A stretch of DNA of 64,000 nt from Oculina patagonica (taxonomy: Eukaryota). The position numbers were made by a program, and so were the translations under genes. Below the pieces are notes generated by a model, which was not told the origin of the DNA, ran no database searches, and saw nothing but the letters and a program-made list of their open reading frames with translations. Below are positions 24,661-38,021 of this stretch, piece after piece. Every line of letters begins with the position of its first letter. Position 1 is the stretch's first letter. The stretch covers positions 32,798,001 to 32,862,000 of the forward strand of contig NC_135759.1 in the NCBI RefSeq assembly GCF_052425735.1, written 5' to 3'.

Positions 24661-25233
24661 CAGTTAACTCTCTCTTAACGGACACCTCTATAAGACGGAC
24701 ACCTCCATAAGACGGACATCTGGTGATGTTCCCTGCCGTTTTTCAGTCATTTTACTGTAACCAAACTCTCTATAAGACGGACACCTCTCTAAGACGGACA
24801 ACGGACACTTTGTTTTTTTATCATGCTTTATTAATGAAAATACTTCCAAACGTCGTATCGACCTAAAGCAAAGTTAGTCAGCGCCCTAAGGATATGTGTA
24901 TACCAAGCTTACTTACCAAAAACAATGACGCTTGAACGGATTTATTCTCTTCTTAAGTGTATGGACACTAAAGAGGTCGTTTTCTACTTACAGTATTACA
25001 GTTTGTTGCTCTCAATTTTTGCTTTAACAAGCCTTTAACAAGCAAATACGGTCCTTTTATTGCTTAAGTCTTGTTGCAGTTAGTAAAGGTTTGTTGCATT
25101 GTGCAAAGTTTTAGCTTTATTATCTCAGATTTACTGTTGTCATGTTACCTCGACTCTCTACAAGACGGACACCTCTCTAAGATGGACAGCTGTGGCCGGT
25201 CCCGAAGGTGTCCGTCTTAGATAGAGTTGACTG
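24661..25233. mobile_element. Tc1/mariner-pogo-type MITE
   Basis: ta/CAGTTAACTCT...AGAGTTGACTG/ta; internal TAAGACGGACACCTCT repeats. Confidence 0.82.
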
Positions 25234-26671
25234 TATAAGAATCCGTCATCTTGTAGAGTAAGCTGCAGGCTTTCTATAAAGCGCAAAATATTTTTGCTGT
25301 GTCTTAATAGAGCAAAACGTCTGGGGAAGGGGTGCGTTTTGCTTGACTATGCTACCGCTCAAAAAATCGTACACCTAAGATATACTCTCTTTACAATGTC
25401 ACACAGCTCCTCGATTTCATCAGGTCGAGGAGGTGTCTGCGTCACTGATGATATTGTTTGAGCAGATTATAACGGTGCAACAGTTGTAAAATCTGTTATA
25501 AAAAATGTAAATTTGAACGTTTGAGAACTTGTAAATCCACTTCGATTATTAATATAAAAAAGCTGGAATCGCAGAATTGACTAGTCCCCACGTTGAATAC
25601 TAACGCACCTCATGTTACTCCAATGCGACAAATATCTTCCCTCCCCTCCTAGGATGGTCGGCGTGCATATAAATGACACCCCCTTTCAAAAGTGCGAATT
25701 CTTGTCATGAATGTCACACGTGCTCATTTCGTATTCATAATGATATAAACAAAACTGCTCGTTCGCTTCGCCAAAGAACAGTTGCGGAGTAGCTTACAAT
25801 CCCAACGCCAATTCTCCAAATTACAGCACGGCACAGCAGCAAAAGTCGATGCAAAATTTTTTGTAGTGCCCTGAAGTTTACGTGACAGGAGTTTGAGAGA
25901 AAACTGCGGTATTATTTTCGAAAATAAATGCAAAACGCAACCTTGGAGGTCCGCGAGGATTTTCGATCATTTTATAATGTTTACAGAGACTTACAGAACT
26001 AGCGAATACTTTTTAACGGTTAGCTCGATCGACAATCGGTTAGGCACTTCTATTAGGCAAGTATTGGGGAGGCTTTTTGCAAAATATTGGGTTTGTAGAT
26101 TAGTTCGTGAAGAAACGGCAAGTGTATAAAATTACAGTAAATTTTAAGAGTTTTATTTAGATGAGATTAATTCCCAGTATTTCTTCATTTCTACTCCAAC
26201 GATTTTCTTGAAACTTGGCTATCTCACGTGTTAAGTCAATATTAGCTTATTCCAGAAATTTAGCAAAAATATATCGGCAAAATTTTTTTGGGGATTCAAT
26301 TTTGTTCAAAAACATGGGTCCAGTTAAACGCCAATAGCATTTAAAATATATTTCTCCATTGCAATCAAACTTTATCATGTTATTGCTAAATGATACATGA
26401 AAGTTTTCCCAAAGTTTCAAAGCAATCGCGTTAAAGCCGAAAAAGTTCCGACGCAAAGTATGTCACTGATGAATACGCCCGAAATAACTACGGAGCCACT
26501 TTAACTTCTTTCACAGAAGCAGATAAATGTAAGTCCAGTCCTTCAACACAGAGTTCAGAAAACACATTACAATCCTATCTGTCGTCACTAGTGTCACAAA
26601 AGGGCAAAGAGATAGCCCTATTGTGTTCGAGGTGTTTTTACAACACTGCAAATTATCTCCTTGTTTTATAG

Positions 26672-26782
26672 AATTTGACGAATGCTCCAGCAGTCCTTGT
26701 TTGAATGGTGGAACGTGCGTGGATGGAGTTTACAACTTTACTTGTGTTTGTCCAAGCGTGTATATTGGAAAACGCTGTGAAG
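26672..26782 (+). CDS. EGF-like exon B' (cassette 2)
   Basis: [37 protein letters not shown]; 111 nt; duplicate of 7604-7714. Confidence 0.9.
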
Positions 26783-27947
26783 GTATCTTATTTTTATTTG
26801 TAGTCTGGTTAAAGTTCATGCATGTTTGAATGTTATTTAGTTGCGAGATAGGTTTCTTCGAAATTGCATGGATCTGATAAAAGTAGATACAATAGCGTAG
26901 GGGTTTTAATACTACCAAGTTGCCCCAAATAATGCAATATAGCTATGATGCTATTTCTAATGTGAAGGGCAATTATGGTTGATGAAATAAGAACATTTTT
27001 TTCCTTTCTCCCGCCTGATATTTTTTCAAACTTGCATTGTTTCCCCAAAGATAACTCTCGGAGATGATCAGTTAATTTCGTCGACGTTTCGAGCACTTCT
27101 ATTTGTATGACGTTTATGTGATATCAAGGATTAATCATAACCATACCAAAATTCTCGACTCTGATTGGTTTTTAAAAGGCACTATTTTTCACCAATTAGT
27201 TACGTGAGCAGCTATGGTGTCCAATAACAAAGTGTCCAACATATAACTACGCGTCATGTAATAGCCTCCTATGCAGACGCTCTTTGTGCTCGTCACGTAA
27301 TCTCGTCACAGCACAGAGAGCGTTTTCTTCCATCTGCTTGGGAGGCTAACGCGCACGCGCTTTATTTCGTTCCATCATTTTACCGAATACTCCTTTATAT
27401 TCTTTAAACCTCCAGAAATGGCTTGTTTTTCCAACGAATTTTTCATAGAAATGATAAATTGTTAATAGGCTTCGCTTTGTCCAAATCTTATTTCCTCTAA
27501 TTTTTCATAAGTGTGATTTTAAAATTTGGTAACAGAACTTCGTGTCATGACTCATCACACGCGCAAAGACTCCAGGTACTTGAGTAAAGCGTGGGCGTCT
27601 CGTGCGAAATATAAGCAATGAATGTGGTAAAAAAGATGTACAATAAGAAAACCGAAGCCAAACAACTTCCATAAGATTGTAAACTACAGAGACGACGGTA
27701 AAAATGGAGGAAGTCCATCAAGCGCAACTGACAAAATTCAACAGGTTGATAGATGGGAGGAAATCTTGCGTGAAAGTGTTTCGGAAGTGTTCTCTCGCCT
27801 TTTTCACACGCGAGTTTTCACACAGCGTTTTTAAAAGCAAATTTCCAGGAAATTTTCATAAGTCACGCAGCTAATTTGTGAAAGTTTAAGTAAAATTTCC
27901 TTTCATTAAAGGTTGCCTTTCAAGTCAGCCAATTAAGACGCGAGACG

Positions 27948-28145
27948 TACGGCTTGCTGACTATGATCGGTGCTCAACTCAGCGACCAGAGAAATAACAT
28001 CATCGGCCGGCCGTTTCAAATTCACCAATCAGGTTTTGAGCCGCGGCGGACTGCCGCGAAATGCCAAGCGCTGATTGGTGAATTTGAAACGGCCGGCCTT
28101 TCTCTGGTCGCTGAGTTGAGCACCGATCATAGTCAGCAAGCCGTA
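27948..28145. mobile_element. Palindromic MITE-like hairpin
   Basis: TACGGCTTGCTGACTATGATCGGTGCTCAACTCAGCGACCAGAGA and its perfect reverse complement. Confidence 0.8.
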
Positions 28146-30000
28146 TGCATGATTTCAGCGTGGATTTTCTCGGAAATTGTTGGAGGGATGAAGTTCAAAT
28201 TCGGCGAAGAGATAGAGCAACAACTCACCGATCGATAGCCGTCGTCAGATAGGTGAGATTTTCAGAAGTTTGGCGTTAATTCCGGTTTGAAGTGGAGGAG
28301 GTCGCTGCTGTCGGCCGCCAACTTGCAAGCCTTGTCTCCACTTTCTCTATTACCGACCTTCGGCCGGCTAAATCAGTTAAAAAGGCGCTTAAAACGGCCC
28401 GCGCAGGCGAAGAAATGAAACAATTGAGTCGATAAACGTTTCATTTAACTTCATTGGATATTTAGAGCGAAATGTAGTTTAGATATTTAATTTCCAGAGC
28501 TTTATTTCAGTAGCCCTTGTAGATTTTAAAATTTCTTTTGTTCGTCTCATGTCAACAACAATAATTAACTACGAGCACATAGGGTGGTCTGCCTGTGATC
28601 ATCTTCATAAAAAAAAAATCATACTCGCGATTAAACAAATCGGAATCCAACTACACGTTCGTTCAATTTTTCTAATTAGGCGTATTATTGCAGACCGAAA
28701 GGAACTCCACTCATTCCGTCAGTCCTTTAAACATACCTTATCGAGTGTTTTGGCCGACGCCGAAAGCGAAAACTTATAATTGTTGCATTATACATTAGCT
28801 AGACTACCGTAAATTACGTTCAGTGGCGTGAAAATCAATTTTGTTTGCGCGATTTATGGGACGTCGTTCCTTGTTTTAACAATTCTTTTTTTCTTCTTTT
28901 TTCAAGCGATTTCTCCTTTTGATATTCTTTTTAAAAAAATCGATACCTTGTCTACCTCTGTTTATTTGTTTGCATTTTTGAATGTTTTGAGTCAACTTTT
29001 TTTTATTTTCGTGGTCACAAATGCAAAAAAGGGATTTTCAACCACGCGCGATAACCTCTGTTCGATCTGTTCATGTATATGATAACAGATATCCAGAATT
29101 ATTTAAAAAGGAGCTTTGGGTAATGTACTTATATCAACTTATATCAACTACAGTAAACACCCGCATATAAGAACACATGATTTCGGAGGTCAGGCTGATC
29201 GGGTTCTTATTTAATGGGTGCTTAGTTACAAATCAGCCTCAAAGTGTTCTTAAAATGTTCTTAAATTTCTATATTAGTAATACTAATAACTAACTAATTT
29301 TAATTCAGAAAAGCAAAACTACAATAGGAAGACAATAACCGAACTTCAAACTAGCGATAACGTAGCAATAAAAGAAGACGTCAAAATCTTACAACAAATA
29401 GAGGAATTTTATGAGGACCTTTACAGCTCTAAAATAACTGTGTCCCAAGAAGCTTTTGACGAATTTATTCGGAAAATCGAAATCCCCGAACTTAATAACG
29501 AAGAACAGGAAACAATGGAAGGGATTTTTACCTTGGAGGAATGTAAGAAGATATTAGAATCTTTTGAAGACAATAAATCTCCGGGCGAAGACAGATTCAC
29601 CGCTGAGTTCTATAAACACTTCTTTGATTTAATAGGATTCGATCTGGTTCAAAGTCTTAATCAAGCCTTTGAAGATGGAGAACTTTCCATTTCACAGCGA
29701 AGAGGTGTGATTACATTGATACCTAAAGAAGATTCCGACCTACTAGACATTCAGAATTGGAGACCTATAACATTACTCAACATCGATTACAAGATTGCAT
29801 CTAAAGCATTAGCCAAACGAATAGAATCAGTACTCCCAAAATTAGTTCACCTTGATCAAACCGGATTCATGAAAGGTCGTTATATTGGAGAGAATATTCG
29901 CAAAATAAGCGATGTCATGGAGTACACCATGTCGGAAAATAAAGGGGGCATTCTGGTGTCATTGGACTTTAAGAAAGCCTTTGACACTCTGAAATGGCAA

Positions 30001-33000
30001 ATTTTGCCTCCACTACACAACAAACAAGCACACAGCTATAGGACAAATAAGTTTATTTAGGAGGGCGGCCTGACAAGAACCAACCCAAACCACCATACAT
30101 TTCCTTACACTATTTTACAATGTTTACATACAAGTAGAACACATTCAAAACTCTAGTTACAGGACACATCTATAGTAAAATTTTCTTATCCATATTAAAC
30201 TTAATAAAATGACTGGCATTACAAATAGTAGCTACGACATCAACTGGATAAGGCGATAGGACGCCAGTTAGGCGAAATTTAAAAAGAAAACCCACGCCTT
30301 GACCTACATCTCCCAGTAAGCTCTCAGGCTTAGTGCCAGTTAGGCTGCCAGTTAGGCTAGGGAGCAACTCTTAATCACAAGCTAAGAGCCAGTTAGGCTG
30401 GAGAACCACAACTCCGATAAGACAGGAATCTAGGATCTGTCACAAATCTCATATGTTTTAACGACATGGACGAAAACCCACGCCTTGACCTACATTTCCC
30501 AGTAAGCTCTCAGGCTTAGTGCCAGTTAGGCTAGGGAGCTACTCTAAAACACAGGCTAAGCTAGTTAGGCCGGAGAACCAAAACTCCGATAAGACAAGAA
30601 TCTAGGATGTGTTACAAATCTCATATGTTCTAACGACGTGGACGAAAACCCACGCCTTGACCTACATTTCCCAGTAAGCTCTCAGGCTTAGTGCCAGTTA
30701 GGCTAGGGAGCTACTCTAAAACACAGGCTAAGCTAGTTAGGCCGGAGAACCAAAACTCCGATAAGACAAGAATCTAGGATGTGTTACAAATCTCATATGT
30801 TCTAACGACGTGGACGAAAACCCACGCCTTGACCTACATTTCCCAGTAAGCTCTCAGGCTTAGTGCCAGTTAGGCTAGGGAGCTACTCTAAAACACAGGT
30901 TAGCTAGTTAGGCCGGAGAACCAAAACTCCGATAAGACAAGAATCTAGGATGCGTTACAAATCTCATATGTTCTAACGACGTGGACCTACCGTTAAAACA
31001 TTAAAAATGAAAAACGAATGAAAAAGCCCTAAAGCGTACAGAGCTGAGCAACCGCTTACAAAACGAATACGGTTAGACGGAGGCCAGAAAAACCTGGCAC
31101 AAAAAACCCCAGTGGGGAAAAAATGCATGCCAGGAAACCTGGGTAGAAACCAAGGCTCAAGCTCCAAGCCAATCCTACGTGGCTTTACAAAATGAAATAA
31201 AAATAAACGTAAACTGCAGACCAAGAAAGCAGTTGGCTCTGAGTCCTAGATGACAGCCACGTGCTATACCCTTAATTTCCTATAGTTAATTTAAACTCTT
31301 TTGCAGTTAAACGAAACTGAATTATCGAGTAACACTTACATGAAATGATAAGTCAACTATTTACAATTAACAAACTATCAAGAAAGGACTACGCAAAATA
31401 TTTGTTACGAAATGTAGCGAAATGTTAAAAAAAAAGCTTTCAGTTCTCTTTGTCCTATATAGCCCTACGTCATTACCCGTGACCTCACAGCCTGGAGCCC
31501 AATTCTAGTTGTATCTCGTGCCGACAAAATAGTTATTTCAGCCTCCTTCGCGAGCTCATTCGTCAGAAATAACATATAGTACCAGTTAATAAACTACAGT
31601 AGCTACAAACCTAATTCTCTACAAACAGCTTCAAGGGCTACACAGCGAGTATAAACAAAAGCAGATACGTAACAACTCATACGTATACTGAAGTAGAATG
31701 ACATCACACTGTGAATGACTTACGAAAAAATGAATATGAAAGTGCGGAGCTATTTCTCAAGTTTACATAAACTGGTAAGTGCACGACCAAACGGTAACTT
31801 AACAAGCTTTACATCTCAAACTTCCCGTTAGGCTGGGGAGTCCACAACTTTGGACCAAAATACCCCACATACAAAAGCGACATGCCAAACTTGCAAGGCA
31901 AACGAACTGGGGAGTATACTACATTAGACTAAGACCCCCTAAGTACAAATAATTGAGCCAGTAAGGAAAATAAAGTGCAAGGGAAACAAGCTTAGTGTTC
32001 AACTGCCAGTTAGTTTGAGGGGTCCACTTCTTTGGACCTTAATCCCCTAAATACAAACTTGTAGAGCCAGTAAGGCAATTATAGTTGCAAGTTAAACAAA
32101 CTCTAATTAGCGTAAACTGCCAGATGGGCTGAGTAATCCACAACTTTGGACCAAAAAGAAGAACCTACTCATACAAAACAAAAAGTACAAAACAATTAGT
32201 ACCAGGTAGGCTAAAAAACTACAGGAGCGATAGACTGATAGCACGGAGGCCAGAAAATACCTGCCATAAAGAGGCCGGAAATCTGGGTAGGAACCATGGC
32301 TCATGTCCAACGATTGGTAGCCCGTCCTACGGAGGCTAGTCAGCAACGAGGCGGAAGAAAATATGAAAAACTAAAAACAAAAAATTAACGGAGCACTGAC
32401 AACAGGGTTGGTACAGAGGCCTAGATGACTATCACGTGTTAAACTCCCTTTATATACCCCTGGCTAACCCCCATAATGCACCGGCCTGGGGCCCAGGCCG
32501 TGTTGTATCCCGTGCCGGCAAAATAGTTCTTTCAGCCTTCTTCGCAAGCTCGTTCGTCAGAAACATCATATTTTGCCTCCACTACACAACAAACAAGCAC
32601 ACAGCTATAGGACAAATAAGTTTATTTAGGAGGGCGGCCTGACAAGAACCAACCCAAACCACGATAGAACGACAAAGTATTGGGCGTAAGTTGTTTGCTC
32701 AATGCTGTCATCTACATTGATATCTTGGGCTAAAGCAGACTTCCAGAAACTACGGTGTAGCAGGAACCTTCCCCTAAAAAATGGGCTAAGAATGAGTATT
32801 CTAGAGTGGAGGGAAATATGAAGATAATCAAAGTACAATGTCTGCAAATAAACAGGACAAGCGGAGCTGGATAGCTCGGAAATAACAACGCACTTTACCT
32901 AACGGAGCTGGCCGTTCTAACTTTTAAGCACTTGAATGACAATGAAACTTTCATAGAAGAAAATATCACTTTTTCTCACTCTAAAAATATAATCAAATCT

Positions 33001-35366
33001 TACAGACCGCGAACTCCTTCCACCTGCATCATGCACGGTGACACTTAAAAGAAGTACTGCATGCCTTATAGAAGAAGGGACCGTAGTTTTCAGACTGTCC
33101 ACCGGACCCGGTCTGGATAGGGCCAATACATCTGCCAGTACGGTCTGGTTTCGCCAGAAGCTGAGCAAAAAACACCTTAGGAGATAAAAGGAAAAACCAA
33201 GCAGAGCAAAACATAGCATAAAAAGGACATCTAAAGTTATGTAGAGGAAGACACAATGAAAATGACTGAAATGAGTCTTGATTCGCGATAAAAGTAAAAG
33301 CGAACTACACGCAAGAGGCTAACCTATATGGCGAATATAAGGCAACCATGGCGTAAAATAACAATAACAATAAAGGCAACAGTAAATGCAAAACCCCAAG
33401 GAAATAATAAAATCCAATAGGCAAGGGATCGACCTTCCTACTGACGTCACGGTAAAGAAAAAAGGAAGGCACTGCATCATTCTGGTTGTCGGAAAACCAG
33501 ATGACCTAAGAACTAACAAGCTAACAATGAAAGGCTTCTGAGGCGAGGCACACAGCCTAAAGTACCCTCCAAGTGGAACTTACTGCACTCTAGACTAAGC
33601 CACCCAAAACACTACCCATAAAGGGAGAGGATATTGTATCTCCGAAAGTCTTAACAGAAATGGAATCCTGCAGGGTAGCGAAACCAGGAATGATATTCCC
33701 AAGAAACAGCAATGTAGATCACCAAGAAAATAAATCTTGTAACTACGTAGGTCTGTGCAGGCTCCCACTGAGACTTGTCTAGGTAAGGAACAAAGCCAGA
33801 CTTCAATAAGCCAGAGTTCACAAATAAACTGTTAATTTCGGCGGAAAGATGGTCAGCTTCCCCACTTAACCCATTATCGAGGGAAATAGCTATAGAGAAG
33901 CCCGTACCTTCTTCAGGACCTAAGAATAGGTAAAATACTATAATTAAATAAACATGAAAGGGGACTGAAGACCGTCCAAATGGAAGGACGCAAAAAAGAA
34001 ATAATCTGAAAAAACCATATCCAAAAAGCTAGGCGGACGAAAGAAAATTGCGATGCGCGGGAAAAATATCGATGAGACAATATCCTGATTACAAACCAAG
34101 TAAAAATAAATGGAAACCTTCGACGACGTTCAAGTCGTCACATCAAGTTACAAAAAAGAGAGAAATCACGTGCCTAAGATCCAAAATAAACCTTTGTAGC
34201 CGGAGCTACGCGTGAATGTAGATGCAACATAACACATTGTTTCCTCTGTGTTAGTTAAAAATTAGCATATTGCACATGTAAGAAAATTATTATGCGAGTA
34301 GCGACTCGACACATCTGTCGAGCGGAATATAAGTTCATAATTTAAGCTTTACAGTTGATAATATCATGCACGCAAAAAATCTCTACAGTAAGGATTGCAT
34401 GGAGGAGTTCGTTAACAGCTTTGCAACAAAGCACCCGGCGAAGCATTGTTAGCCTTGCCAGAAGGCGTTGAAGTTCAAGGAAGACTGAGACTCTTGTAAC
34501 CTTGACTGGCGACATTAAAAATGAATTGTAAAGATTCTAAAGAACGCCAGAAATCGATCCACAATTATATAAAAGCCCTCTTCGCACGGTAGGCTAGAGG
34601 AAAAATCGGAAACACAATGTGAATAATAGAGCGTATAAGAAACATTCAAGCAAATTAAAACAATTTCAAAGCAAAACGATGAAAAGCAAAATTCAAATTT
34701 CTGTCATCAACTATCGCTTCGATATTAAAATCGAAATGGACTACACCTGGTTTGTCCTTCTCTTGAACTCTTTTAGGAGCTAGCGAAGGCAGACGGTTTG
34801 GTCATCGTTGAACAGGTAGCACGCTAGAGTATTTCTTTTCGTCCAGATCGGCTTCAATATTGACGAGCTGAGACTTTTGGGCGGCAGACTTGGCGCCGAC
34901 GATTAGTTCCGCTAGTTTTAGATTGAGCTTGAACTGGACTTCATAAGCTTTACGATTAAACTGGAGTGGCTCGCTGAATTAAAGCTTCTTTAACTCCTCC
35001 ATTTGTATATCCGCGGCTTCCTCGTGGCCAGGTTAATTTAGCCAACGCTATCCTGTAGGAGATGCTTGGAAAGAATTTATCAACTGCGGGTTGTTGGCGC
35101 TGATAAGAGCCGAAACTTCGTCGTAGGCAATAGACATAGCGAACACAACGGCACAAGCGAGAGAAAACCGAGTAAACAAAATTAACGGAGCACTGACAAC
35201 AGGGTTGGTACAGAGGCCTAGATGACTATCACGTGTTAAACTCCCTTTATATACCCCTGGCTAACCCCCATAATGCACCGGCCTGGGGCCCAGGCCGTGT
35301 TGTATCCCGTGCCGGCAAAATAGTTCTTTCAGCCTTCTTCGCAAGCTCATTCGTCAGAAACATCAT
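30001..35366 (-). mobile_element. Split-direct-repeat (Ngaro/DIRS-like) non-autonomous element
   Basis: 93-bp repeat 30001-30093 = 32570-32662; 189-bp repeat 35178-35366 = 32381-32569; internal copies abut to form the end-to-start junction; no TSD; decayed gag-like fragment ~35026-34835. Confidence 0.82.
30286..30986. repeat. Tandem array, 4 x ~172 bp
   Basis: Units start at about 30286, 30472, 30644 and 30816 (GAAAACCCACGCCTTGACC...). Confidence 0.95.
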
Positions 35367-36302
35367 TTCATGATGAAGGTATTAGATCGGTTCAATTTCG
35401 GCGAAAATGTTAAAAGATGAATTAGAATCTTTTATACAAATATCGAAAGTACAGTATTGAATAACGGCTTTACTACGAACTGGATTAAACCAACAAGAGG
35501 GGTCAGGCAAGGCTGCCCGCTCTCTCCGTATCTTTTCATATTGAGCGCAGAAATATTACCAAACAAACTTCGCCAGACACCTGAAACTAAAGGGATCAAT
35601 TTATTTGGAAATGAAGTTAAAATAAGTCAATTTGCTGACGATACTAACTTGTTTTGTGCAGATATTATTTCGGTAGAAAATGCTCTAAACATAGTCAACA
35701 ACTTTGGAGTCATCTCAGGCTTAAAACTAAATGTAAAAAAGACTAAGGCGATATGGTTGGGAAAGTGGTCAAAGAACAAAACCACACCGTTAAAATTACA
35801 GTGGGTAAACAAACCTGTTAAAATTCTAGGGTTATATTTCTCATATGACGATAATAAGAACAAACATTTTAATTTCGATTTAAAAGTTAAGAAATTACAA
35901 ACAAAACTGGACGTATGGAAAGCAAGAAACCTGACCTTGTCTGGAAAAGCTTTGATTATTAAGTCTCTTGGGTTATCCCAAATAGTCTATGCATCAACCA
36001 ATTTAAACTTTCCAACTGAATTCAAATGTACCATCAAAAGTAAGCTTTTCAGTTTTTTATGGAATAACAAAAAGGACAAAATTAAAAGAGAAAGCATTTA
36101 TCAGGATTATGATCGAGGTGGTATCCGTATGACAGATATCGATCTTACGATAAAGGGGTTAAGACTGGCCTGGATCTCAAGACTACTTAACCCTGAAAGC
36201 CGCAATTAGAAATCAGTACCAAACTATTTTCTTACAAAACTTGGAGGATTAAATTTTTTCCTTAGGTGTAATTACGATGCAAAATACTTAGATCCTAAAT
36301 TG

Positions 36303-36314
36303 GGTAAATAAAGT

Positions 36315-36345
<31 letters not shown>
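36303..36345 (+). mobile_element. 43-bp retroposon tail (AATAAA + (TTG)10) inserted in LINE ORF2
   Basis: GGTAAATAAAGTA(TTG)10 between LINE codons TTG and CCA. Confidence 0.6.
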
Positions 36346-37506
36346 CCAATCTTTTACAAAGACATTTTATCTTTTTTTTCGGAACTAAAGTCTCAATACA
36401 ACTACCAACAAGGACAGGAAACAATTCTTTTTAACAACAAAGCTATCCTTATAGGAGGAAAACCCTTCTTTCTTCGAGAATGGTTTTCCAAAGGAATCAT
36501 ATCTATTCAGGACCTTTTAAATGAAAACGGACAGCTAATTTCTTTTCAACAGTTTAAAAGGAAATATGACTGTAAAACCAACTTTTTAAAATTTTATCAA
36601 GTTATAAATGCCATTCCTAAAACGCTTCTGACTAGGGCACGTAATTTTGAACTTTCAAAAGAAAGTTATTTGGGAAATCAATCCAGGATCCATCTAATAA
36701 TCGAAATTGACTTAGAGAAAGCAAAGGCAAAAGATTTCTACTGGCTATTAAATAATAAGGTAAATCATTCTTTTCCTACCGGCCCAACGAAATGGAGCAA
36801 AAATTTGAATCTAAACTCCACTAATTGGGGGTATTTTTTAAGTTGACAAAACGAGTTTGTAAAGAAAATAAATTGAAAGAATTCCACTACAAGTTCTTAC
36901 ATAGAATTATAGTTACTAAGAAGGAACTACACCTTTTTGGTATCAAAGATGACGGGGATTGTTTATATTGTGGAAATGAAGACTCCATTGAGCATACTTT
37001 CATTCACTGCCAGTTTTCAAAAGCTTTTCAAAGGAGAGTTATTCAATGGTTTAATAGCGTTAACTACACCAATCACCGTCCATCTGTTAAAGAAATGTTA
37101 TTTGGTTTATCTCCCGCCTATTCACTTGAAAACAAAACTTTGATAAGGAAACTTAATTATACCTTGCTGTATATGCGTTACTACATTTACACCAACAAAC
37201 TGCACAACAGACCAATTACTCTCTCCGATTTTGTTAATAAATTAAATATAAAATATACTATAGAGAAGATAGATTAAATTATTATTTTTTGTCCATTAAT
37301 TGCCTTATGGTTTAAGATGTTCCTTTACCTTTTACTCTGCTTTATAGTGCATCTTATTTATTGTAATTGTCTCTAGTGTAATTAGCGTAATTGTAATTTA
37401 TAATATTTTGTAACCTACTCCAGTGTTATTGCAATTAGTATCAAATAATATTGTAACATAAAAGGCGTGCTAAAAATGAATGTAATTGTATTATGTGTAT
37501 GATAGC

Positions 37507-37568
<62 letters not shown>

Positions 37569-38021
37569 CTATGGTATGCAATTATAATTTTTTTTCATGG
37601 TGTATCAATGTAAATCAGTAAGATGGCCAGAAAACTTAAATAACAAATAAATGTCTATTAGGGCAAAAAAAAAATACTAACCAAAAATGCCCCTAGATGT
37701 AAAATTAGCATAAATTAATAAAATTATGTTACAGTAGAAACATCAGTACAGTACTCAATACAAAAATACGACCACTTGACAGCTGATAGAGTCATGACTG
37801 CTATATAAAATCACTTGTTTTTTATGTAATTATGACACCTTTTCCATTTTTTAAGAACATGCTGATTTTTTCGCGCTGATCTTGTTCTTATAAAAATGGG
37901 GCTTTATTGGCCAAATTTCAGCCTGGTGTTCTTAATCCATTTGTTTTTATATGTGGGTGTTTACTGTATTAGTATAAACCAAACCAGTGGGTAGTGTTAT
38001 TCGCGCACACTGGTTAATTAA

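Larger units (their letters stand above)
29303..37565 (+). mobile_element. 5'-truncated, degenerate L1/Tx1-clade LINE (ORF2 reverse transcriptase)
   Basis: KSPGED, NWRPITLLNIDYKI, DQTGF, LDFKKAFD, GVRQGCPLSP, QFADD, C-terminal CLYC..H....C finger; (AAT)n tail at 37507-37563; interrupted at 30000/35367. Confidence 0.93.
29151..37966. mobile_element. Tc1/mariner-pogo-type MITE split by a LINE insertion
   Basis: ta/CAGTAAACACCCGCATATAA ... TTATATGTGGGTGTTTACTG/ta. Confidence 0.78.

Noticed and set aside
24322-26503. TTAACCC start suggesting a complete piggyBac element
   Set aside because: No matching GGGTTAA end was found; the segment appears to be a composite of truncated elements
30630-30656. 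CTAACGA-CGTGGAC-GAAA in each 172-bp unit resembling a hammerhead core
   Set aside because: The core is CUAACGA rather than CUGANGA, no stem II closes before GAAA and there is no stem III/UH; it is better explained as a CGTGG/CCACG hairpin
30286-30986. Regular repeats considered as a CRISPR-like array
   Set aside because: Units are full-length tandem copies with no unique spacers, in a eukaryotic context with no cas genes
36316-36345. Poly-Leu N-terminus of ORF 36316-36846 resembling a signal peptide
   Set aside because: It is a (TTG)10 microsatellite tail inserted into LINE ORF2
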